A stretch of DNA of 64,000 nucleotides from positions 35,222,401 through 35,286,400 of the forward strand of contig CM120641.1 of the NCBI GenBank assembly GCA_051362555.1, written 5' to 3'. A program made the position numbers and the translations under genes. The DNA comes from Lingula anatina. Taxonomy: Eukaryota; Animalia; Brachiopoda. Shown piece after piece: positions 41,101 to 53,100 of this stretch; the first letter of the stretch is position 1; each line of letters starts with the position of its first letter. The notes below the pieces were generated by a model that had not been told where the DNA came from, did no database searches, and worked only from the letters and a program-made list of their open reading frames with translations.

Positions 41101-44100
41101 TTCATATCATGTGAGTGGCAGGCATTTGGGTGATCCACATAAGGTATACAGTGCTATTTCAATTGATCTTTAAGAGAGAAAAAAAAGCAGATATCTGTGT
41201 TGAAATCCATAGAACAGACAGACGGGCAAAGAAGTATCAGAATTTCAGAAATAGGAAAATTCCATTGGGGTCAGAAAGAATACTGACATATGTTATATCA
41301 GTACAGTGTAAGGAGAAATGATCAGACCATATATTTACTTGACACATTTCTCAAGGAATACAAATTAAAATTGATTATGTGGCAGAAAACATCTATCTAA
41401 TGGCCAATTCCGCAGCCTGATAGATTTAATTTACAGGTTAAGTCAGCAAAGCACAGCCCATTTGTGGCCCTCAAATAGAAAGCTGAGATGGGGATCTTTA
41501 TGTATTATATTGAAGTTGCATTAGACAAATAACCTTGCATTATCAAGTGATGGGGTGCTGAAGGCTTCTCTATTGACTTGCAGGCATTAACAACATTAGA
41601 GCTGGAATGACATTTTGATGTGATTTTCACCAGATGCACACTGATAGAATAGAATTAAAACTAATATATTAGTGACTTAGAACCGCTTTATCAATACACT
41701 AGTCCTAGCAGGTGAATATCAACACATTTATCAGTACTAGCCTGTTTTTCTTTGTTGTATTTTAGTCATAGTATACGGTGCTAGTAGTTATCTTTTTTAA
41801 GCTGTGGGAATTTTGAATAAAAAACCCATCTGCTCGTTAGCTTGATGTTTATAGGCCAGTTTGTCATTAATTACTGACGCTAGTTTAGGAGGTTGAAATG
41901 ATTAATAAGAAAGAATCATCAAACATGCAAATATATCATCTCTATGGATCCCTGCATTAAGTATTGATGAGTTGATATGTGATAGGAAATAATGTAGTTT
42001 GGAAGAAAATGGAGACCCGAAGAAGACGGATCTCTGCACCCCTGAATTATATTGGCAATGGAAAGAAAAAACACTGGAATAGATTAAGGTAGTTGTTGGA
42101 TTAGATGGATTGAATAGGAAAGAACAAGTTTTGTTTTCTATAAAATGGTTCACAATAATTCTAAATTTGACAATAGTGCATCAGTTTGAAGTCTTTATGC
42201 TCAAAGCAGGAACGTGTTAAGATTGAAGCAAATATAATATGTAAAGATTAAAGGAACCTGATTAATTTATATATTACATAAGTTGACAAAGTGTAATAAA
42301 ATCATTTGTAAGCTGTCATCAGGCGGGAATGAGTGACATGGCTGGGAATGCCCACAACTAGAATTCATTTTTGTTCTCATTCATCTCTTTGCACCGTGTG
42401 TAACTAATTTATGAGCATTTAATGGTGTCTGGACTTGTAAAGAAGAACTAAATGATGATGATTGATTTTTCTCAGAGAACATTATATGCAATGGTAAAAA
42501 TGAATGGTTTTTGTATTTGCCCTTGTGACTTGGTTTATATCCAGTACATGCTGATCTCTGACCTTCAATGCTGTTTTATTGGTGTTTTATTGTGCCTCTG
42601 ATGCCTATGCTAGTTTGTTCTCATGATTTTTTTTTTTAATCAACACCATTGAACTTTTCCTTGATTAAATGCATATAAAACACCAATCTAAGTCTGTAGA
42701 TATAAGACTGTGGCATGATTAGAAGAACAGTCAAATGGACTTGTTAATGAAACCATAATGATGCTCTTTGTTTTTTTAGTCAGGGCAACAAGCTTTTCCC
42801 ATTATGCTATTGATTAATCTTCTTGCATAATGAAAGAACAATCTGCTCTGCAGTATTTGCACACAGTGGAGTACAGAAAGCAAACACATTTTCCTTTTAA
42901 CATGTAAAATTCTCCTTGAATTCAACCATCTTAGGGGAAATGTCCTTTAAATTGTTTTCAAGTACCCTTACCATAAAGTGGCTTGCTACTGTGTTGTGGG
43001 GTCCTTTAAGGATGTTGTAATAAGACCATACCATGCCACATTTTAGAGTGTCATAAATTTATGCATGCCACTGTAATCAAAATATATTGTCTCCATTAAA
43101 TGTGTTTGAATTGAATAGCACTGACAGCCTATTTGTTTCTTTGAGACAGTTTTTTTCTTCTAGTTTCCATCTGTTGAGTATTTATAGGATAAATGTAAGA
43201 AAAAAAGAATTGGCAAAATATCTTGAAAGATATGTTATTTTCATAAAAGGGTACTGAATCATTTGGCAAAATTTGGATGTACCAATTTTTGCAATGTATT
43301 TGCAACCCCCCCCCCCCCCCCCCCCCCCGTTATAATTGGATTAACTTGGCATGATGTGATTCATATTTGTATTTTGTTTTCATTTAAATTTTCTTTTAAA
43401 CAAGTTATGCTATACCAAAGTATGATTTTCCACCTCTCTTTTTCAGGCTTGAAGCCACTAAAAGTGCAATATTACCAGAGTTGGTGGAACTCGCCAACGA
43501 TGAAGAGAGTTATGTGCGTCTGGCCGGCATAGAAACTGTAGTCAATATCCTTAGTCTGCTGGATGATGGTAAGTTCTACTTCTTCTGCCTCAATTGACAG
43601 GAAGTATTATCCTGGGAATGGAGAAGGCGAGAGGCTAGCAGGAGACTTGGGACTGTACAGAATGATTTCAAGTGTTAGTTGAGTTGTTGGACTGGATAAG
43701 AAAGTGTCAGTTAATTGACAGAGTACAGAGGAAAAGTTGCTAGACGTCATATAAAAAGTATACAGATGCAGCTTGGTGATATTGTAAAATTAGATGTAGC
43801 AGCCTTATCTAAAGAAATATATTTCTAAAAATTGTTTCCAATACTTTTATGATTAGTTTAATCAGTCATAAATAAGATATGGATATAAGTTTTAAGTAGG
43901 ACTTGCATCATCTGTACAATCTCAAATCACCATCAGTAAACTGTATTTGATATAATCAGTCCTAGATAGGTAAAAAAGGAAAAAGAATGAAATCTGAAAC
44001 TATCCCCAGCAGAAAGATGGGTTTTCTGACAAGCAGGGCATTGCTTCATGTTTGCTACATACATGTATATGAACATATTCGCTGTGTCTGTTTTTCCCCC

Positions 44101-47100
44101 ATCTGCAAACAGGTGCAATATTAGGGTTACAGATTTACAGATGTTGCAACTATTTCCAGTAGGGAGTCACTGGATAAAACCGATAAACTTTTCAGGATGA
44201 TGTTTCTTTATGAGAAATTCTTTCTCTATTGAGGATAAAAAAAACTTCCAGGGTATTTTGCAGGTGTTGTTTCATGTCAAGATGGATAGGAAATTAATTT
44301 GTCCAAGGCAATCATTCATGAAAACCACTGGAAAAAGTTCATCACCCCTAAGCAATAATCTGCTAATTAACAATACAATGCATGGTTTTAAAGTGAAGTT
44401 TCCCTGTGCTAATGGGGATTGTGGTGCAAGGGGCAAAGAAATAATACCTTGATAATGTTTTCAATTTGCAAATTGCACATATGCATATTTTAATAAATAT
44501 GAGATCAGAGTCCTGAAGGAGCATTTGCAGATATCCAAGGTGATAGAATATCCACAGTGTTTGCTTTTGGCATGCTTTAAGTCAAATATAGCCTCCGCCC
44601 ATTGTATTCCAAAGACTTCTTTTTCCTCTTTTGTCTTGTTAATGCCCCACAAAGCATTTCAGAGTGTTTAAACAAAATATTGAATCTTAGCCAGTTCAGC
44701 AGACAGGCAGACAGACTTATTGGATGGATATTTGCTGAACAAATCGTGGCTTATTAATGAATTACTATGAGAAATGTCTGTCAGGAAATTGACCAAGCTC
44801 TTGAACAGAAATGGTGATTATTATTCCCTGTTAAAAGACATTCCAGTTGACTCCAGTAACGTCATCACTACTAGAGATTTTAATGCAGTAGGCATTATTT
44901 ATTTAGTCTCATTTCCTCATAACCATATGCCTGCCAATATCCTAAGTTATTGATTAAAGTGAGACCACACTTGGTTCTCCAAGTCAAAATACATGTTAAT
45001 TGCATGCAGGGATACTTGGTTATACTCAGGACTTAATGACCGGAAATCCAACCAAATTGTTGCTATTTTATGTTAGTAGACTATTTGGCTTCGTTCACAT
45101 GGAAAGTCTATTTTCTAAAAATCTATTTTCTATTCGCGGTATATCTTGTGATCACGGTCTGTGCCCTGAATGTCCCGCGGCGTAATTACTGGCAACGCGA
45201 GCCAGTTACTATAAGTTACTACAAGTAACTGGCTCGCGCTGCCAGTAATTACGCCGTGGGATATTCAGGGCACAGACCATGATCATAAGATACCGCGAAT
45301 AGAAAATAGATTTTTAGAAAATAGACTTTCCATGTGAACGAAGCCTTAGTGCATCTGATACCCTGTGTTATATGTTAAGTATCAGGCTACAGCACAACAT
45401 AGCCAACTAACTCTGATTCAGTATTATATCAGATGGTATACCAGTAATAGCCAGTGTCCATTCTAAAATAGATAGTTGGAGAAAGCAGCTCTTTCCCAGT
45501 GTTCATTCTAGGAATGTTTCAATGTGGGACAAAGGGCCCCCAACATTAAAAAAAGTGGGCCATTACATTTTAAAGTGGGCCCTTGTTCAAATCTTGAAAT
45601 TATAATATGTAACGCATGTTGTTTTACTGCTGTGGTATTTATGTTCAGAGATGAAAAAAAATATTATAAAAATATTTTGACTTATAGGTGATCACATTCA
45701 ATAAGTAATCCCAATTTTCTAAAACAAAACCCTTGAGTTGACGCTCCAATTTTTTTAACAAGTATAAGATAACACTAAAATATGTTCACGATTTATTCAC
45801 CAATAACCAAGTTCTTTCTATAACGACATTTTAACCCCATTTTTGGCTTCAATTTATGAAAAATCCATTTAATTTTATCTCTTCTGTCCTCTGTCCCATT
45901 ATCAATGACCCTTGACTAACTGGCATGCATTCACGACTTATGAAATTAATTGTCTCATCCCTGATAATGATAAGTCATTGATAAAAAGCTACCAGATTGA
46001 GAATGATATCACACATATTTCGACAGCAGAGACATAGGTCTTACTAAAAATCACTTTAAGAATTGTTCCTTTTTTTGATGTTGTTAATGAGATTGTCAAT
46101 GAATTGACACTGTATTGCCTTGCACTGTTTCTCATAATTACCATTACCACAAGTCACAAGGTGGTCCCTGGAGAATTTACGATGACCTTTTCTCCACTTT
46201 CAAAAGAAATTCTTCAATTTAGCTGCCAGGTATACCAGACAACATTTAAGTCCTTCTGAACTTGTGAATTGCAATGCCTTCTTAAACAATCCAGTAAACT
46301 GATTTCCCCACTGCCATGATTGCTCCATCTTTACCTAGAAATGTTATAAAAGTTACAATTAAATTTGAATTTGGGCATAAAAACCTGCATAAAATGTTAA
46401 GTAGTGTTGAAGGTATCCACAAAGAATACTCCAGCACACTATCCCTTACTTTATTTTTCCCTTAATCACCATGAACTGAGACCAAATCTCTCAACACAAT
46501 AAAATTATGAAAAATGAATTTGAAAAATTTTACCTATATATACAAAAAATAAGGTTCTGGGAAATGATATGAGCTTGACGCCCTATGTCAATGCGACGCA
46601 GCAAACACATTGTTTACATAGTTGTTCAGCATTGCGATATCCCAGAATGCACTGTCAAGAGTTCCTCAAACTGCACAAATATAATTACAACACGTGGGTC
46701 CGGGACCTTCACGATAATCACTTTGATGTCTATTGCTCTTTGTTATAAATGAATATTGACAAAAAATAATATCTTACCTTCTAAAGCTCTGCAAAAAGCC
46801 TGTTTAGCTTGAGCTGCTTCCGACGTTTCTTGCATGGCAGCGCACGTCTCATGTCGCATAAGGGTACTCGTTCGAAATTTATTAGTCCCTTGAAAGAAGA
46901 TATTGTCCTTTTTTTCAATGCATAAGCTGCAATACACCAAGTTTGCGTTATCGTCGTGTACAAGCCACTTGTAAGTATTTCTCCACCATTTTTGAAACGA
47001 CCTTGAAGTTGCATTGCTATTCGACGCGGTATCAGCAGTCGTGACGGCTGCACAAACTTTTGTTCTCTTTTCTGGTGGGAATGTCTGCGGTGCATGATCA

Positions 47101-50100
47101 TGATCATCTCCGTCGCTACTGTTCTGAGCCGTTTTAGAGTGATATTCGGGATCGATTTTCTTTAAAAAACGTAAAATACCATTTCACTTCTCCGCCATCA
47201 TGCACAATGTACGGGTTGATCAAATTGACCTACATGGACAATTAATCTCAGCCTATCAGGGATTCAAAAAAGGAGGGACGATCGCCACTGATTTGCATAA
47301 AGCGCATGACGTCAGCATAAATTAAGATTTTTGTTAAAACTGCGACGAGTAAAGAATATCTTCGTTACGTTTAACATTAGATCTTGATGTCAAGAGAAGT
47401 CGAGTAAACAATCAAACTTCGGCCGTGAATTTTCTGAATTGGAGGGCGCGTTTAGAACACAAAAATGCGCCGTTGTTAATTCTCTTGAATTTTGTTGGCG
47501 CAGCTCACTCTACGAATTGCGTCAACCACATTTTTTCTGCGTCAATGACGCAAGGGCGCATCCTAGAATGAACACTGCTTTCCCATATGAAAAACCTGTA
47601 GTAACTATGAATTAATACTGTGCATCTGTCACTACAATTACCTGCTACTAGTAAGTTAGTTACTTAATATGCATCAGGTAGGCTTTTTGAGTGGCAAACT
47701 GTCATCTGTTAATTGTCTCCATCCATTATTGGTTGGATTAATTGACATTGCTCTATTCTTCAAACTGTCTTCCGCAGTTCCTTCAGTCTTGGTAGATTTT
47801 TAAAGAGAAAAATATAAGATAGAACCTAGTCTGTCTAGCTTAAGGTTTTACTCAGTATTATTTTCCCGGCAATAACTCTACGTTTTATATATATATATTT
47901 ATTGCAGAAACCTGTAATGCAACCATCATTCCTCTGGTGTGTAAGTTCTGCCAGCAGTCCCTACAGAATGAGGACCCTACCCTACCAGTTGTGGCCAAGC
48001 TGATAGGGAAGCTGTGCCATGGGTTGTCAGGTACTGGTATAAGGCTGCATTCACAACCAAAGTTGATCCGTAGACTAACAGATTCGAGGATCAAATATTG
48101 TCAACCCACTTGAAAGCTTACTGTGCATTCTCCGTGGGGAATGTATTCAGTGTCTATTAAGGGATTGTGCAGCAAGTTTTTCAATTGGGTCACCCATATT
48201 TGATCCACGGATCTGTTTGTCTAGGGATCAAGTTGTTCTGAATGGGCCCTTTATTCAGTGGAGGGCTGTTTTTCAAAGGACATTCCACTGAGTTGTTGTT
48301 GTTGTTGTTTTTGGTTCACAGAAATTGAATTTTTTGCAATGACATTTCACCATAGGGGCAGTATAGAGATTTGCAATTTAACCTGTTGCCATTTTTGACT
48401 TGTATAAATAATACCAAGCACATAGAAATATTATGCTTATGTATTTAAATTGGTGAAAAAAGGGTAATGTTTTAACTTTTTTGCTTTAAATTTCCAGTGA
48501 ATCTAACAGAGGACCAGAAACAGTGGTTTCTTGATTTCTATAGGAAATTAAGTAGAGTAGGCCTCTCAGAGAAAACAAAAACACCAAGAGAGGGAGAGCC
48601 TTTAAATTCACCTGCAAAGGTAAGTTGAGAAGTTGTAAAATAATGAGAACATTTACAAAAAGGAGATAGGCTATTAGCATTATAAATTTCTAAGTGAATG
48701 AATTTATGTCTTTTATGTTTATTTAACATTTTCTTTTCTTTGGTTCAGTTGTGATTTGTATGATCAAAGAAGCAGAAATAAAAAAAAAAACTTAAAACTT
48801 CACTTCAGCTATGCTTCTGCAAAATATTGCACTTATTTTCTAAGATTGATTATGACTTATTTTAAATCATGAAGACAGCAATTTAGGTAATTTACCAAGT
48901 CCAATAAGCTGACGTATACAAGTCAAGAGCATTTAGCAGTAATAAAAGCCATTGAAATAAAAATGAATATTGTAACAAGTTATTCTCTGTGAATATTTGC
49001 AGGTGCCTGTGATAGCTAGCATCTTCCCAGATGAGGACAGAGCTGTGGAGTGCCGAAAGAATGCTGCCTTCAATTTCCCTGTAAGTTTGAGTAATGTTAA
49101 ATCACAGGAGGTGAAATAATATAAAAACCAGTACATCTGGGTGAAAAACGGTGGTCTTAGTTATTAAAGAACTTCACATTTGTAATGTACTCTGAGATTG
49201 CAAAGATTCTAACAATTCTGGTGTATGACTTGAGGATCTACCTATATGACATGCACTTTTTTGGAGTAGAAATGATGCCTTGAATTGTCTTTTTTACAAG
49301 TTAAATACTCTACAGTCAGAGAACCTAAAAAGACTATCGGTGCCATAATAATTGTAAAAAAAAAGAAAATAGATAAATAAAATAAAATAAAATAAAGTAA
49401 AAAGCTGTTTGTAGACTTGAAACTGATTCCTTATGGTTTTGTCTCTCCCAGGCTATGGTAGTGATGACTGGGGCCCGCCAGTTTAAAACAGAGCTGTATC
49501 CTACCTTTAGCAGTTTGTGCAATGATCCACACTTAGCAGTAAAGAAGACTATAGCACACAGTTTCCATGAGGTGAGACCATGGTGGTTGATGTTCTGGTA
49601 ATAGATGTCTATTCATGCAATTAATCTAAAAAGGCAAATAGTTATTTAAATAAATTTAGGGAAAACACTGAATAGAAATATGTGGTAGAATTATGTGCAT
49701 TTTTTGCCTTAAATGATTTTTCTCTAATATGACTATTTTGATTTAAATTAAACATTTTATTGAAAAATGAATGTGACTTGGTATTTTGGTACATTATTCA
49801 TGCTCTTATCAACAAATCTGAAGGCCATGCAGTATATCAATATTTTTGTGATAAAAAGTATAACTTAGAAAAATAAGCAACTGTTTCCTTCATATGGTTT
49901 TACAGTGCAAGTTTGTAAAGTCTATATAAGGTTATATGTATCCCTAGGTTGTGAAGCTCCTTGGCAGCTCTGTGCACTGTGTTCAGGGGGAACTGATTTC
50001 ACTGCTCAAAGACGAGTCCATAGAAATACTCAGAGGCCTAGTGCCTCATATAACAGAGACACTAGATTATATGGTGAAGGCAGGAGGGAGTGCAATCACG

Positions 50101-53100
50101 GAAGCTAAAATGAACGCAATGTCCGACGTGATCCCTGCCCTCCTAGCCTGTGAAACTGTACTGTCAGGAAGTAACGACTGGAGGTTACATGCACAAATCA
50201 TGGAAAGCTTCTCTTGTCTTCCCAAAGTGTTCACAAGTGACCAGATTTATTTTAAGTTTATACCTCTGCTGTTCAAGAAGCTCCAGACAGTGGTAAGAGA
50301 ATATTTGATTGCGTTTTTTGATGACCCTGGTGCATATAACATAGTTGATCATACAGTATAGAAAACAGTGAGTGATAAATTTTGCTACCAGATCATTTTC
50401 TCTATTATTTTTTTGAGTAATTCCGAAAAAAAGGAATTCTAAAGCTATTAAGAAATATGAGTTAAGAATTTATAAATGAACAGAGATGTGTAATTGACCT
50501 GTAGATTGCAAATAACACTGTCATTTTCTTCTTTACAACAGAGGCCTTTACCAGTGCGGCATGCTGCAGCTCGGACAATATTAATCTTGATAAGGAATAA
50601 TAGGAAAATGGAACACAGGCAGGAATTGATATGTCGGCTTGTGGATGGTAAGAAAAACCTTATTGATAAACATTATGTATTATAATAATGAAAATACCAT
50701 CCTAGCTCAAACATCTATGCTGTTATAGGTCTAGTTTATTTACTGATTTATTGCTAATTTTGTGTTTTATTTTTGCTTTGGAGAAATCACCTTTGAATTG
50801 CTAGACTTTACATTTTACTTGTTAATTTGTTTCTTTTCCAGAATACTGTCATGGGAAGAGTTGTTATAAAAGAAGCTTATTCATAGACATTTGCAAAATG
50901 GCAATGGAACTTTACTCAAAAAGCTTTTTCAAGGAGTATTTCTTTGAGTTTGTGTTAGAGCACGCCACAGATCCCGTCCCAAATATTCGCTTGCGATTAT
51001 GCTCCGTCCTACCCCGTCTGAAGACTATACTGCGTCTCCCTGCTGATCGCAACTTATTGCAGCAACTAGAATCATGTGTTAGGAAATTATTGATTAATGA
51101 GAGAGATCGAGATGTTACAGCTTCTGTCAGAAAGGTGAGCTACTGTTCTTTGGCCATATGCACGATTTAATAGTGTGAAAACCCACTAGTGCATGAACTC
51201 ACTTGTAACGTGTGTGTAGTTTCATTTTATGGTGTGAGACAGCACTTTGCTAATTATTCATTTTAAAGAATAGATACTAATTGTCAGCTTATATTCTGGA
51301 CCATGTCATTGGTGTCATATATTTTCATTAAATTATATGAATTTTATTTTAAAGTTTCATCATGCTGTGCATGTGTATAGTGGTGTATATTAACAGGACA
51401 TTTTAACAGCATGGACACTGGCTATACTTAAACTATGTGATAACCGTTAATCATATTGTACACAATCTATCCCTTAACACATCTGAGTAGCACTGAAAGA
51501 AATGCACTATATATTTGTTTTGATACCCACATATTCATGGTGTGTCCCTGTAATTTATAGTTCTACACTCTAATGTACACGAGAACCTACCCTGAGGTAA
51601 CTTTACACTACTGGTTGCTTGCATTGCCAAACTAGACTTGCTGTTGGCTTTATTGTTTAGGTGCCTGGAAGTTATATCAGGTCACAGATACTTGAGGATA
51701 ATTTCTGCATTTGTATTCCTTTTAAATTTTCTTAGAAGATGTAAAGAAAATGGCATTTTATCTGGTCATTGGTGAAATTTTTCAAGAATTATAATGAGAA
51801 AGTGAAGATGGTGACTTTCTGATTTGTTTTTGGAAAATTTATCAACTTACTGGCCTAATGCAGCATTATCCATCAAGTTGGACACATTTGTATTACTATT
51901 TGTATATTTTGTGGTTTATTTGTTTCTCAGTACTTGATTTATAATCAGGTGAAATGATTGTCGTCCAATGTTTTGCTTGAACTTTTTGAAGTGTTTGCTT
52001 GAATATTAATGTGATTTTTGTGGTGCTAACCTTTAACAGTCTTGTTTTTAGTCTGAGGATACTTAAAATGTGTAAGATTATTGTCTCAATATGCAAAGCC
52101 AATATTAACTTTAAGATCCATCATCAATTTTATTGGTTCCGATAGACAGCACTTGCATTAGATACTTGCCTATTAAATTACTTCAAGACCAATTGCCTTC
52201 TTGGTTCATGGAACCCATATTCATTAATTCTTTGTGGTTTTTTGTAGTTAAAGAATAGGACCCCAATCTCTGCTTATTGTAAAAAAAATCCATTTGGCTA
52301 ATAAGATAATAATCGATCTTTTTCAGTCTGTGGAAGAATTAGACAAGATAACTGTTCCAATGGATTCTGTAAGTACACATAACTGTAGTCCCATTTCTGA
52401 TGATATAAGTTTGGGTGCTTTCCCAGAGATTTAGATCGATCTAGAGATTAAGATTTAGATCAACCTAACTCCCTGGGGGTTCACGCTAAATTGCAGTCAG
52501 CCGAGCGGGCACCATAGTTAATTACCCCCTTACAGCTTTTAGTAGGCAGGACAGATGCTTTAGCCGGCCAAGCTGACAGTAATCTAGTGAGACTCCCCAC
52601 AGGGATAGATCGATCTATAAAACCAATGGAAATGGGGTGTAAGAGGATGTGCCTGTATGTAAATGTTTATTTCTTTGTATATTTATATGTTGTGATAAAT
52701 TCATCAAATAGTATTAATACATTTTAACAATGTGAAGCTCTCATAGGTACTAAGACTGATTTACCTAAGAGAAAGGGTGCTTGTGTCTAGTTTTTGAACC
52801 AGTATTAAGATATTTATCCACTTTGTTTTAGATGGGCAGAAAGACTACGGTGGATGATGACATTGTAGACCAAAGGAAAGAGGAAGAAGAGAAAATGCTT
52901 ATAGAAATGGTATGTATTACGATATTCTGTAAATTTAATCTCTGCAGCACTTATGTAAATATGCCACATCAAGAGAATTGGTGTCGCATTTATTAAAGTG
53001 TTTTCAGTTAGGTCTGAAAAACTGAAGAAAAATTATTTATATTATAAAAGTGGAACTTTAACATAATTTTGTTGAAATCTTTTATAGGAAGAGAAGTCTC

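Noticed and set aside
47184-47186. In-frame TGA near the transposase start as selenocysteine or readthrough
   Set aside because: A second in-frame stop and a large deletion show pseudogenisation. CpG decay of CGA is the simpler explanation.
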